Origin: Chthoniobacteraceae bacterium
GTDB taxonomy: Bacteria; Verrucomicrobiota; Verrucomicrobiia; Chthoniobacterales; Chthoniobacteraceae
Assembly (NCBI GenBank): GCA_040081625.1
Contig: JBEBGD010000050.1
Location: forward strand, 1-37,353
Direction: 5' to 3'
DNA: 37,353 nt
A program made the position numbers and the translations under genes. Numbering within the stretch: the stretch's first letter is position 1; every line of letters starts with the position of its first letter. The notes below the pieces were generated by a model that saw nothing but the letters and a program-made list of their open reading frames with translations, made no database searches and was not told where the DNA came from. Positions 24,290 to 34,015 of the stretch are shown one piece after another.

Positions 24290-25429
24290 TCAGCGGCGTT
24301 TCACGAAGAAGCTCGAGAGCTCGCGATTCGTCGAGCGAAAGTAAAGCAGCGCGAGCCCGATCGCCGCGATGACGAGGTTCGGCATCCACGCCGCTGTGAA
24401 CGCGGACACCCGCATCCCCTTCCCCAACGCGAGGAAAAGATTCGTCGCAAAAATCATCCCGAAGAAAATGAAGATCGAACTCGCCACGCCCGCGAGCACG
24501 CCGCGCCGGTTGAAGACGATCCCCAGCGGCGCGCCGATCAACACCACCACGAGGCAGCTCCACGGCAGCGCGCGCCGGTATTCGAGATAAGTCCGGAATG
24601 GCGCGAGCGTCAGATCCGGGAAGTCGCGATTCTCCGCCAGGAACTGCTCGAGCTCCGGCACCGTCAGATTCTGCGCCTCCATGCTCGACGACGCGATCCG
24701 CGCCACCGTCTCCGACCAGCCGTCCACCATCTCCGGACGATCGAGGAAAAGGTCGCGCTTGATCTCATTGCCCTCGGTGTCGAAGTCCACGCGCATCCCG
24801 CGGATGAAGATCCAGCGCCCTGTGCGCGAATCCCAGTCCGCGCGCCCCGCATACCATTTCTGCACCGGGTTATCGTTCACGTCCTGCTGCACGATCACCA
24901 CGCCGTAGAGCGAGTTGGTGCCCATGCGGAACTTCTCGATATACCACGTGCGGTTGGTCTGCCGGTCGCGAAACAAATGCCCGTCGATCGACTCCTGCTT
25001 CATGCTCTTGCGCCCTTTCTGGATCTGCTCGAGCGCCACCTTCTTGATCGCGTCCGCCCGCGGCGCCAGCTCGCGATTCAGGAACGACAACAGCCCCGTG
25101 CATACCAGCCCCACGAGCAGCAGCGGCTGGATCACCCGCACCAGGCTGCGCCCCGCCGTGAGCTGCGAGATGATCTCATTGCTGCGGCTCATGCGGCTGA
25201 GCGAAAAGAGCAGCGCCAGCAGCAACCCCACCGGCAGCACGATCATCAGGATCGACGGAAGCTGAGAGAGATAAAACCCCGCCACCGCCTTGGGCGACGC
25301 CTTCGCGCCCAGGAAGTCCTGCCCATTATCTGAAAGATCGAAAATCAACCAGATGGCCAGGAAGCCGAACGTGCAAATCACGAACGGCTCGAGAAAACTG
25401 CGGAGGACGTAACGGTCGAGGAGCTTCAA
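24290..25429 (-). CDS. LptF/LptG family LPS export permease
   Basis: TTG start (KLLDRYVLRSF); LPVGLLLALLFSLSRMSRSNEI..L.AGRS; periplasmic beta region; ALPWSCLVVVLIGAPLG and AAWMPN. Confidence 0.9.
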   Translation of the reverse strand: MKLLDRYVLRSFLEPFVICTFGFLAIWLIFDLSDNGQDFLGAKASPKAVAGFYLSQLPSILMIVLPVGLLLALLFSLSRMSRSNEIISQLTAGRSLVRVIQPLLLVGLVCTGLLSFLNRELAPRADAIKKVALEQIQKGRKSMKQESIDGHLFRDRQTNRTWYIEKFRMGTNSLYGVVIVQQDVNDNPVQKWYAGRADWDSRTGRWIFIRGMRVDFDTEGNEIKRDLFLDRPEMVDGWSETVARIASSSMEAQNLTVPELEQFLAENRDFPDLTLAPFRTYLEYRRALPWSCLVVVLIGAPLGIVFNRRGVLAGVASSIFIFFGMIFATNLFLALGKGMRVSAFTAAWMPNLVIAAIGLALLYFRSTNRELSSFFVKRR

Positions 25430-25583
25430 AAAAGTGGTGAGAGAAAACGCGGCGCGTCTTTTCCCCCGCGAAGCCGCGCGCCGCAATACGCAATCATGCG
25501 ACCGACGTGATGCGGATTTCACTCCGAAGTCCGAGTGTCGAGCTTGTCGGCGGACGCCACGTGCGGGATTGTGCGCGCCTTGC

Positions 25584-27566
25584 ATGATCGCACCGCACGA
25601 CACCCTCGGGACTGATTTCGTGGAGCGCGTCCGGGCGATGTTCGCCGCGGACGGGCTGCTCGCGCGTGCGCAGAACTTCGAATACCGCGCCGAGCAGCAG
25701 GAGATGGCGGCGGAAGTGGCGGCGGCGCTGAGCGAGGGGCGGCACCTCGTGGTCGAGGCGGGCACGGGCGTGGGCAAGTCGCTCGCTTATCTCATCCCCG
25801 CGGTGCTGTGGGCGCACGAGCAGAAGAAGAAGGCGGTCATCTCGACCTACACGATCAATTTGCAGGAGCAGCTTTTCGGAAAGGACATCCCGATCGTGCG
25901 CAAGCTGCTCGGCGTCGAGTTCGACTCGATGCTGTGGAAGGGGCGGCAGAATTTCCTCTGCCCCGCGCGGCTCGAACGCGCGGTGATGCACAGCAAGGAT
26001 CTCTTCACCTCCACCGAGGTCGCCGAGCTCGAGCGCATCCACGCGTGGGCGCAGACGACGCAGGACGGATCGCTCAGCGATTTCGCCGTCGAGCCGGACC
26101 CGGCGGTGTGGACGCAGGTGTGCAGCGAGCAGCACATCTGCACGACGAAGACGTGCGGCACGAATCCGCGCTGCTTTTATCAGGTCGCGCGGAAACGGCT
26201 GCTGACCGCCGACGTGGTCGTGCTCAATCACACGCTCTTTTTCATGGCGCTCGGCGGAGTGGGGCAGGCGGAGGAAAACGACGAGGGGTATTTGTTCGCG
26301 AACGACTTCGTGATCTTCGACGAGGCGCACACCGTCGAGCAGGTCGCCGGGCGGCAGATCGGCTTGAGCGTTTCCCAATACGGCCTGCGCTACGCGCTCC
26401 AGCGGCTCTACAATCCGAAGACGAAGAAGGGCGTGATGCAGGTGCTCCGCCGGCCCGACGGCGTGCGCGAGGTGAGCGAGTTGATGGAAAAGGCGGACGC
26501 ATTCTTCGAGCAGGTCGGCGTGAAGATGGACGGCGGCAAAGGCCGCGAGCTGCGCGTGCGCGCGCCGGATTTCGTGGAGGACACGCTCTCGCGCCCGCTC
26601 GCCGATTTGCAGAAACGCGTGGTCGATCTCGTGCGCGAAGTCGAGGACGAGCGGACGAAGGCGGAGCTGCAGGATCTCGGCCGGCGCATCCGCGACGCAC
26701 GCGGCGCGCTGGTGCAGTTCCTCGGGTTGCAGATCGACGACTACGTTTATTGGGTCGAGCGCACCGGCAAGACGCAGCGCTCGCACTCGCTCAACGCCGC
26801 GCCCGTCGATGTCGCCGGCCACTTGAAGGCGCTGCTCTTTCGCGAGAACCACACGTGCGTGATGACCAGCGCGACGCTGAGCACGGGCAACGAAAGCCTC
26901 GACTACTTCCGCCGCCGCGTCGGCGCGTGGGACGAACCCGCGCGGCAGATCGGCAGCCCGTTCGACTACGAGCGGCAGATGAAGCTCTACATCACCCGCA
27001 AGATGCCCGACCCGCGCGACGCCGGCTTCGAGCCCGCGCTCGCCGCGGAAGTCGAGCGCTGGATCTGCGAGACGCACGGCCGCGCGTTCGTCCTCTTCAC
27101 GAGCTACAAAATGATGAGCGGCCTCGCCTCCGCGATGCGCGAGCGGCTCGACGACCTCGACTACAAGCTGCTCGTGCAAGGCGAAGGAATGCCGCGCGCG
27201 CGCCTGCTCGCGGAGTTCAAGCGCGACGAGCGGCACGTGCTTTTCGGCACGGAGAGTTTTTGGAGCGGCGTCGATGTCCCCGGCGCCGCGCTCAGCAACG
27301 TGATCATCACGCGCCTTCCCTTCGCCGTGCCCGATCATCCGCTGATCGAAGCGCGTCTGGAGCAGATCGAGGCGGAAGGCGGCGACGCCTTCTCCGAATA
27401 CTCGCTGCCCGAGGCGATCCTGAGGCTGCGGCAGGGCGTGGGCCGCCTCATCCGCACGAAGCAGGACACCGGCATCGTCGTGATCCTCGACCCGCGCGTG
27501 CTCACGAAGAACTACGGCCGCGCCTTTCTCAACGCGCTGCCGAAGTGCCCGGTGGAGATCGTCTAA
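25584..27566 (+). CDS. ATP-dependent DNA helicase, DinG/YoaA family
   Basis: EYRAEQQEM, VEAGTGVGKSLAYL, KGRQNFLC with Fe-S Cys residues, IFDEAH, MTSATL, LFTSY, FWSGVDVPG and RQGVGRLIR. Confidence 0.94.
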   Translation: MIAPHDTLGTDFVERVRAMFAADGLLARAQNFEYRAEQQEMAAEVAAALSEGRHLVVEAGTGVGKSLAYLIPAVLWAHEQKKKAVISTYTINLQEQLFGKDIPIVRKLLGVEFDSMLWKGRQNFLCPARLERAVMHSKDLFTSTEVAELERIHAWAQTTQDGSLSDFAVEPDPAVWTQVCSEQHICTTKTCGTNPRCFYQVARKRLLTADVVVLNHTLFFMALGGVGQAEENDEGYLFANDFVIFDEAHTVEQVAGRQIGLSVSQYGLRYALQRLYNPKTKKGVMQVLRRPDGVREVSELMEKADAFFEQVGVKMDGGKGRELRVRAPDFVEDTLSRPLADLQKRVVDLVREVEDERTKAELQDLGRRIRDARGALVQFLGLQIDDYVYWVERTGKTQRSHSLNAAPVDVAGHLKALLFRENHTCVMTSATLSTGNESLDYFRRRVGAWDEPARQIGSPFDYERQMKLYITRKMPDPRDAGFEPALAAEVERWICETHGRAFVLFTSYKMMSGLASAMRERLDDLDYKLLVQGEGMPRARLLAEFKRDERHVLFGTESFWSGVDVPGAALSNVIITRLPFAVPDHPLIEARLEQIEAEGGDAFSEYSLPEAILRLRQGVGRLIRTKQDTGIVVILDPRVLTKNYGRAFLNALPKCPVEIV

Positions 27567-27582
27567 GCGCTCGACAACCCGG

Positions 27583-27611
27583 TTGACAGGATTTGGCGGC
27601 AACGCTACCTG
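27583..27611 (+). promoter_or_regulatory. Possible sigma70 promoter for the metal-efflux operon
   Basis: Perfect TTGACA at 27583, a 17-bp spacer and a weak -10 (TACCTG). The ATG lies 8 nt further on, implying a near-leaderless transcript. Confidence 0.3.
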
Positions 27612-27619
27612 CCGCGCCG

Positions 27620-27961
27620 ATGATCCACCTGCTCCGCCACCGCCTTCTCGCCGTGTTCGCGGTGCTGGCCGTGTTCGGTGGTTTGGGACACCAGATTCAC
27701 GATCGATTCGAGGCGCATCATCATTGCGCGGAAGCCGACTCGAGCTGCGGCCATCAGGATGGAGAGCAATCGCCCCGTTCGAGCGACCACGGCAAGAGAT
27801 GCGATCACGCGCTCTGCGCGCACGGGATCGTCGCCCTCGTTGAGTCTTCCTCGCCTACTTTGATGCGGAATTGGGTCGATGGTTCGCGCGTCCCCGAGTT
27901 TGTGCAGCAGCCGCTGGGAGTGGATCCGGCGGACATCGATCACCCGCCTCAGCTCGCCTAG
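27620..27961 (+). CDS. Small His/Cys-rich protein (DUF2946-like) preceding the metal efflux genes
   Basis: N-terminal hydrophobic helix, HHHC, CDHALCAH and a C-terminal DHPP motif. Confidence 0.65.
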   Translation: MIHLLRHRLLAVFAVLAVFGGLGHQIHDRFEAHHHCAEADSSCGHQDGEQSPRSSDHGKRCDHALCAHGIVALVESSSPTLMRNWVDGSRVPEFVQQPLGVDPADIDHPPQLA

Positions 27962-28099
27962 CGCCTGACGCGCATCGTCGTGCCTGGAAGGCGCGGCGAC
28001 TTCACCAGCGTCAGCCTCCGACCCCCGACTCCCGTCGGGATTCTCCGTGCCCGCGCCCGCGCGCCGGCCTCGTCCCAATCCATTTCGCACTCAACTTTC

Positions 28100-29323
28100 A
28101 TGCTTCGATTCCATCTCATCTTCCTCGCACTCATCGTCAGCGCACTCGCAGCGCCGCGCACCTTCACGCTCGATTCCATCCCTGCCCGAGTTCGCACGAG
28201 CAATCTCGAACTCGCCGCCGCGCGCATGCGCATCGCCGAGGCGCAAGGCCGGCTCACCCACGCCGGAAGGCTGGGCAATCCCGAGCTTGAGTTTGATTAC
28301 GCTCGCGACACGGCGGCGCCGCGCGAACACACGCTCTCGGTCGCGATCACGCAGCGCCTGCCGCTCACTTCGCGGCTGCGCCACGCACGCACCGCATCCC
28401 GCGCGCAGCTCGATGCGGCGGCGGCCGAGGTGGACGACCTCGAAACGCATCTCATCGCGCAAGCCGAGTCCGCCGCGATCAAGCTGCTCGCCATCAAAGG
28501 CCAGCGCGCCATTCGCGGAAAACAGCTCGCCAACAGCCGCGAACGCGCGGCCTTCCTGACGCGGGGCGCCGACCGCGGCGAAGTCTCCACCATTGATGCG
28601 GCGCAGATGGAGCTTGAAACCGGAATGCTCGAAGCGGAGCTGCTTCAGCTCGATGTCGAGGAGGTCTCATTGCGCGGGCAACTGCGCCCGCTCCTCGGCC
28701 TCGCCGACACCTCACCGCTCGAACTCGCCGGCGACCTCGGCAACCCGAAGCCGCTCCCGCCCACAGGCACCGTCACGAGCGCGCACATCAAGGCGGCCAC
28801 TTTCACCGCCGCCGCCGCGCAAGCCTCGCTGGCCGAGCAGCGCGCCAGTCGCTTCGAGGATGTCGGGCTCAGCGTGCTCTACGAACGCGAACGTTTCGAG
28901 GATGAGCCCGTGGGCCTTCTCACCGAGCAGCGCCTCGGCCTGCGGGTCAGCATCCCGCTCCCGATCTGGAACACCAACCTCGGCCGCATTCAGGAAGCCG
29001 AGGCCACCGCCGAGCGCACGCGGCTCGATGCCGACGCCCTGCGCCTCCAGACCGGAGGAGAAGCTGCCGCCGCGCGCGCCGAGATGGCCGCGCTCGCGAA
29101 GCTGCTCGACAATCTCGACACGCGCCTCCTTCCGAAGGCCAGCGACCTCGAGGAGCGACTCCAGCAATCGTATGCCGCCGGCCAGTCGCCGCTGATCGAA
29201 GTGCTGCGCGCCCGCGATCGACGCCTTCAACTTCAGCGACAGCGCCTCGACGCGCTCCGCGACCATCACCTCGCCCAGGTGCGCCACGCAGCCACTCTCG
29301 GGAAAGCCGGCTTCATCAAATGA
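28100..29323 (+). CDS. TolC/CzcC-family outer membrane efflux protein
   Basis: Signal peptide; NLELAAAR, GNPELEF, SIPLPIWNTNLGRI and YAAGQSPLIEVL. Confidence 0.88.
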   Translation: MLRFHLIFLALIVSALAAPRTFTLDSIPARVRTSNLELAAARMRIAEAQGRLTHAGRLGNPELEFDYARDTAAPREHTLSVAITQRLPLTSRLRHARTASRAQLDAAAAEVDDLETHLIAQAESAAIKLLAIKGQRAIRGKQLANSRERAAFLTRGADRGEVSTIDAAQMELETGMLEAELLQLDVEEVSLRGQLRPLLGLADTSPLELAGDLGNPKPLPPTGTVTSAHIKAATFTAAAAQASLAEQRASRFEDVGLSVLYERERFEDEPVGLLTEQRLGLRVSIPLPIWNTNLGRIQEAEATAERTRLDADALRLQTGGEAAAARAEMAALAKLLDNLDTRLLPKASDLEERLQQSYAAGQSPLIEVLRARDRRLQLQRQRLDALRDHHLAQVRHAATLGKAGFIK

Positions 29324-29673
29324 CCACTCAACTCATCATCAAGGCCCTGCTCTCCGGAGCGCTCGTCGTCGGCATCGGCGAACTGGCGCGCCGCAACAAC
29401 TACCTCGCGGCGATCGTCCATTCGCTGCCCTTGATCTCGCTGCTCGCGCTGATCTGGCTCTACACCGACACGCGCGACACCGCGCTCATCGCGCGGCACG
29501 CGCAGGGCACATTCTGGTTCGTGCTGCCGACGCTGCCGATGTTCCTCGCGCTGCCGTGGCTGCTGCGCCGCGGCGTCACCTTCTGGCCGAGCCTTGGGCT
29601 GTGCGCGCTGCTCACCGTCACTCTCTACTTCATCACCATGCGCCTGCTCAAAGCCGCCGGCGTTCAGTTCTAA
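29320..29673 (+). CDS. Small multi-pass membrane protein (DUF3147-like)
   Basis: IIKALLSG..ELARR...SLPLISLLALIWLY...TFWFVLPTLPMF; ATGA overlap with the TolC gene stop. Confidence 0.75.
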   Translation: MTTQLIIKALLSGALVVGIGELARRNNYLAAIVHSLPLISLLALIWLYTDTRDTALIARHAQGTFWFVLPTLPMFLALPWLLRRGVTFWPSLGLCALLTVTLYFITMRLLKAAGVQF

Positions 29674-29687
29674 CGCACTCGCCGTTC

Positions 29688-30806
29688 ATGAAACTCCATC
29701 TCGCTTTTCCCCTCTTCCTCGCGCTCGGCGTCGCCGCCTTTGCCGAAGCCGATCCGGCTCGCAAAGACCGCACCGTCATCCTCGACGAGGCGGCGGTGAA
29801 AAATCTCCGCATCGAAACCGCAGAGGCCGAGGAGACGACCTTCGAGGAAACGATCTTCGCGCTCGGGCGGCTCAAGGTCGCGCCGGGGCATCGCGCGGTC
29901 GTCAGCAGCCGCGTGCCGGGGCGCGTGCTCAGCGTCGCGGCGCACATCGACCGCTCGATCGAGAAAGGCGCGGAGGCGCTCGTGCTCGAAAGCCGCCAGC
30001 CCGGCGATCCACCGCCGAGCGTCACACTCATCGCGCCGATCTCCGGCTTCATTTCCGCGGTGAATGTCGTGCCGGGGCAGCCGGTCGAGCCGGCGGATTC
30101 GCTCGTCGAGATCATCGACCTCACCTCGCTCCACGCCGTCGCCGCCGTGCCGCAGCATCTCGCCGGGCAGCTCAAGGCCGGCCTGGCCGCGCGCATCCGC
30201 GTCTCCGCGTATCCCGACCGCGACTTCGCCGCAAATCTCGAACACCTCGGCGCGGAGGCTGAGGCAGAGAGCGGCACGATCGAGGCGGCCTTCCACGTCG
30301 AGAATCCCGAAATGCTCCTGCGCCCGCAGATGTCCGCGGAGTTTTCCATCGTGCTCAGCCAGCGCGAAGGCGTGATGAGCATCCCACGCGAAGCCGTGCA
30401 GGGCGATGCGGGCGGGCGCTTCGTCTATATCGCGGACTACGAACTCAAGCACGCCTACGTGAAAACGTCCGTCGTCCTCGGCGCGCAAAACGATCGCTTC
30501 GTCGAGGTGAAGGAGGGCTTGCTGCCCGGCGACGAAGTCGTCACGCGCGGCGCGTATTCGCTGGCGTTCGCGGGCAAGGGCAGCGTGTCGCTGAAGGAAG
30601 CGCTCGATGCCGCGCACGGCCACCCGCACAACGAGGATGGCAGCGACATGAGCAAGGACCAGGCGGGCGCGGGCGGCGGTGGCGCGCATGACCACGCGCA
30701 CGGCACGTCGTCGCCGCTCGTGATGTTCCTCATCGGCACGAATGCGCTGCTGCTTCTCCTGCTCGTGCTCAGCGCCGTGCTGCGCCGCAAACCCGCGACC
30801 GCCTGA
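29688..30806 (+). CDS. RND efflux periplasmic adaptor (CzcB/CusB-like)
   Basis: VVSSRVPGRV, LIAPISGFI..V.VVPGQPV, LRPQMSA, SIPREAV and VEVKEGLLPGDEVVTRGAY. Confidence 0.9.
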   Translation: MKLHLAFPLFLALGVAAFAEADPARKDRTVILDEAAVKNLRIETAEAEETTFEETIFALGRLKVAPGHRAVVSSRVPGRVLSVAAHIDRSIEKGAEALVLESRQPGDPPPSVTLIAPISGFISAVNVVPGQPVEPADSLVEIIDLTSLHAVAAVPQHLAGQLKAGLAARIRVSAYPDRDFAANLEHLGAEAEAESGTIEAAFHVENPEMLLRPQMSAEFSIVLSQREGVMSIPREAVQGDAGGRFVYIADYELKHAYVKTSVVLGAQNDRFVEVKEGLLPGDEVVTRGAYSLAFAGKGSVSLKEALDAAHGHPHNEDGSDMSKDQAGAGGGGAHDHAHGTSSPLVMFLIGTNALLLLLLVLSAVLRRKPATA

Positions 30807-30810
30807 AGCC

Positions 30811-33800
30811 ATGCTAAACGCGCTCATCCGTTTCTCGCTCAGGCACCGGCCCATCGTCCTCGCGGCCGCGCTGCTGCTGCTCGTCTTCGGCTGGAAGACC
30901 GTGCGCGAGCTGCCTGTCGAGGTGCTGCCCGACATGACGAAACCGACCGTGACGCTCCTCACCGAATGCCCCGGCCTCGCGCCGGAGGAAGTCGAGACGC
31001 TCGTCACGCAGCCGCTCGAAAGCGCCCTGCAAGGCGTCGGTGGACTCGACCGCCTCCGCTCGAACAGCGACGTGGGCCTCTCGCTCGTCTTCGCCGAGTT
31101 CGACTGGGGCACCGACATCTACCGCGCGCGCCAGCTCGTGCAGGAGCGCGTGCAGAGCGTCGTCTCCACGCTCCCCGACGGCGTGCAGCCGGGCATGACG
31201 CCCGTGTCTTCGCTCATGGGCGAGATCCTCCTCGTCGGCCTGCGCAGCACCGACGGAAAGATGCCGCTCATGGAGCTGCGCCAGCTCGCCGACTGGAACA
31301 TCCGGCGCCGCTTGCAAAGCATCGGCGGCGTCGCCGAGGTGCTCGTGATCGGCGGCGGCGTGAAGCAGGCGCAGGTGCTTCCGAATCCGCACCGGCTCGC
31401 CGCGCACGGCATCACCTTCGAGGAACTCGAACACGCCGTCGCGCAAGCCGCGAGCAACTCAACCAGCGGCTACCTCGCCGCCGGGCCGCAGGAAATCATG
31501 GTCCGCAACCTCGGCATGACTGCGAGCCTCGACGACCTCGCGCGCACGGTGATCAAGACCGTCGGCGACCGGCCCATCGTCGTCGGCGACGTGGCGCGCG
31601 TGGAGTGGGGCGTGCAGCCGATGCGCGGCGACGCGAGCGTGAACGGCACGATGGGCGTCGTGCTCAGCGTGGACAAGGCGCCGGGCTTCGACACGCTCGA
31701 GCTCACGGAGAAGATCGAGAAGGCGCTCGCCGAGCTGCGGCCCACGCTGCCGCCGGGCATCGAAGTCGAGGTGCTGTTTCGCCAGGGCGACTTCATCCAT
31801 CACGCGATCGAGAACCTCAAGGAAGCCATCCGCGACGGCGCGATCATGGTCACGCTCGTGCTGTTCCTCTTCCTGCTGAACTTCCGCACGACCGCGATCA
31901 CGCTCACCGCGATGCCGCTCTCGTTCGCGATCACGGTCATCGCGTTCAAATGGTTCGACGTGAGCGTGAACTCGATGACGCTCGGCGGACTCGCCGTCGC
32001 GATCGGGATGGTCGTCGATGATGCGATCGTCGATGTGGAGAACGTCTTCCGCCGCCTGCGCGAGAACGCCGCGCTGCCGCACCCGCGCGAGAAGCTCCAC
32101 GTCATCGCGAGCGCCTCGGGCGAAGTGCGAAACTCGATCCTCTACGCGACGATCATCATCGTGCTCGTCTTCCTCCCGCTGCTCGGGCTCGAAGGCATCG
32201 AAGGCCGGCTCTTCACGCCCATCGCCATCGCGACGATCACGTCGATGATCGCATCCTTCGTCGTGTCGCTCACCGTCATCCCCGTGCTGTGCTCGCTGCT
32301 GCTGCAAGGAGGGGCGGCGTCCCGCCGCCCTCTGCCGACAGAGTCGGCAGCCCCCGGATGCGCCGCTCACGCGGCGCAGGGCGGCGGGACGCCGCCCCTC
32401 CTTGAGCACGACGGCTTCCTCGTGCGCGGGCTCAAGGAACTTCACCGCCGCACGTGGCTGCGGCTCGCGCTGGATCAGCCGCTGCTCGTGCTCGGCATCG
32501 CCGGGACGCTGCTCGCGGGGGCGCTCGTTTTGTATCCGATGATGGGCAAGGAATTCCTGCCGACCTTCAACGAAGGCAGCGCGACGATCTCGCTCGCAAG
32601 CGCGCCGGGCACTTCGCTTGCGCAGTCGAACGAAGTCGGCGAGGTCGGCGTGCGGCTGCTGCAAACGATCCCCGAGGTGAAGAGCGTGGGCCGCCGCGCG
32701 GGGCGCGCGGAACGCGACGACCATGTGATGCCCGTGTCGGTGAACGAATTCGATGTCGAGTTTCACGAGACGGGCCGTCCGCGCGCGGAGGTCTTCGCGG
32801 AAGTCCGCGAGAAGCTCGGCAAGATTCCCGGCACCTTTCTCAACGTCGGCCAGCCCATCAGCCACCGGCTCTCGCACATGCTCAGCGGCGTGTCGGCGAA
32901 GGTCGCGGTGAAGATCTTCGGTCCCGACCTCGACCAGCTCCGCACGTCCGGCCGGCTCGTCGCCGACATCGCGAAGACGATCCCCGGCTTCACCGACGTG
33001 AACCTCGAGGCGCAGGTGCCGATCCCGCAGCTCAAGATCGAGATCAACCGCGAACGCGCGCGGGCTTACGGCGTGCAGCCGGGCGTGCTGAACGAACAAC
33101 TCTCGACGCTGCTCGGCGGCAAGGTGCTCACCGAGTTGCGCGAGGGCCAGCGCACGATCGACCTGCTGCTGCGGCTTCCGCTCGAGTGGCGCGATTCGCC
33201 GGAGAAGATCGGCGAGATGCTCGTCGAGGCCGGCAACCGCCGCATCCCGCTGCGACTCGTGGCCGACGTGCGCGAGGCGAAGGGGCCGAACGTCATCAAC
33301 CGCGAGAACACGCAGCGGCGCATCGTCATCGGCATGAACACGAGCGTGCGCGATCTCGAGTCGCTCGTGGTGCGGCTCCAGCGCGAGGTGGGCGAGAAGG
33401 TGAAGCTGCCGCCCGGCTACTACGTTTCGTTCGAGGGCGAATTTCAGGCGCAGCAGGAGGCGGCGAAACGCATCGGGTTGCTCAGCGTGCTCGTGTTCGT
33501 GGTCATCGCGATCCTGCTCTACGGCTACTTCCGCACGCCGGTCTTCGCCGCGCAGGTGCTGTGCGACATCCCGCTCGCGCTCATCGGCGGGCTCGCGTTC
33601 ACGTGGTGGAAGATCGACAACATCAGCATCGCCACGCTGGTCGGCTTCATCGCGGTGGCGGGCGTCGGCGCGCGCAACTCGATCATGCTCATCAGCCACT
33701 ACCTGCACCTCATGCAGCACGAGGGCGAAGGCTTCACACGCGAGATGATCGAGCGCGGCACGCTCGAACGGCTCGTGCCGGTGCTGATGACGGCGCTTTC

Positions 33801-34002
33801 CGCCGGCATCGCGCTGGTGCCGCTCGTGCTCTCCGCCGGCGAGCCCGGAAAGGAAATCCTGCACCCGGTCGCCGTCGTGATCGTCGGCGGGCTGATCACC
33901 TCGACTCTCCTCGGCCTAGGCGTGACGCCGGCCGTCTTCCACACCTTCGGCCGCAAGGCCGCAGAAACCGCAGTGCGCCTGGAAGCCCCAGCCGCACAGT
34001 AA
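30811..34002 (+). CDS. Heavy-metal RND efflux permease (CusA/CzcA family) with an in-frame REP insertion
   Basis: LPVEVLPD, GLAPEEVE.LVT.PLE, NSMTLGGLAVAIGMVVDDAIVDVEN, EGRLFTP, EFLPTFNEG, ERLVPVLMTAL and GKEILHPVAVVIVGGL. Confidence 0.95.
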   Translation: MLNALIRFSLRHRPIVLAAALLLLVFGWKTVRELPVEVLPDMTKPTVTLLTECPGLAPEEVETLVTQPLESALQGVGGLDRLRSNSDVGLSLVFAEFDWGTDIYRARQLVQERVQSVVSTLPDGVQPGMTPVSSLMGEILLVGLRSTDGKMPLMELRQLADWNIRRRLQSIGGVAEVLVIGGGVKQAQVLPNPHRLAAHGITFEELEHAVAQAASNSTSGYLAAGPQEIMVRNLGMTASLDDLARTVIKTVGDRPIVVGDVARVEWGVQPMRGDASVNGTMGVVLSVDKAPGFDTLELTEKIEKALAELRPTLPPGIEVEVLFRQGDFIHHAIENLKEAIRDGAIMVTLVLFLFLLNFRTTAITLTAMPLSFAITVIAFKWFDVSVNSMTLGGLAVAIGMVVDDAIVDVENVFRRLRENAALPHPREKLHVIASASGEVRNSILYATIIIVLVFLPLLGLEGIEGRLFTPIAIATITSMIASFVVSLTVIPVLCSLLLQGGAASRRPLPTESAAPGCAAHAAQGGGTPPLLEHDGFLVRGLKELHRRTWLRLALDQPLLVLGIAGTLLAGALVLYPMMGKEFLPTFNEGSATISLASAPGTSLAQSNEVGEVGVRLLQTIPEVKSVGRRAGRAERDDHVMPVSVNEFDVEFHETGRPRAEVFAEVREKLGKIPGTFLNVGQPISHRLSHMLSGVSAKVAVKIFGPDLDQLRTSGRLVADIAKTIPGFTDVNLEAQVPIPQLKIEINRERARAYGVQPGVLNEQLSTLLGGKVLTELREGQRTIDLLLRLPLEWRDSPEKIGEMLVEAGNRRIPLRLVADVREAKGPNVINRENTQRRIVIGMNTSVRDLESLVVRLQREVGEKVKLPPGYYVSFEGEFQAQQEAAKRIGLLSVLVFVVIAILLYGYFRTPVFAAQVLCDIPLALIGGLAFTWWKIDNISIATLVGFIAVAGVGARNSIMLISHYLHLMQHEGEGFTREMIERGTLERLVPVLMTALSAGIALVPLVLSAGEPGKEILHPVAVVIVGGLITSTLLGLGVTPAVFHTFGRKAAETAVRLEAPAAQ
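32305..32404. repeat. REP doublet (REPIN-like) element, GGAG family, copy 3, inside the RND permease CDS
   Basis: Perfect 27-bp terminal inverted repeat CAAGGAGGGGCGGCGTCCCGCCGCCCT (32305-32331 / 32378-32404), identical to the arms at 6705 and 6853; internal hairpin CTGCCGAC-AGA-GTCGGCAG. Confidence 0.92.
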
Positions 34003-34015
34003 CCACAAACCAAAC

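Noticed and set aside
25584..27566. DinG helicase as part of a type IV CRISPR or other defence system
   Set aside because: It is an ordinary Fe-S DinG/YoaA-type protein in a housekeeping context next to LptF/G, with no cas genes or array.
25494..33864. Very long antisense and alternate-frame ORFs (e.g. 25494-27602, 29670-31118, 31459-33864; similarly 9219-10868 and most of 18214-20406)
   Set aside because: They are shadows of well-supported genes in high-GC DNA, with Arg/Ala-rich or antisense-typical composition and no family motifs.
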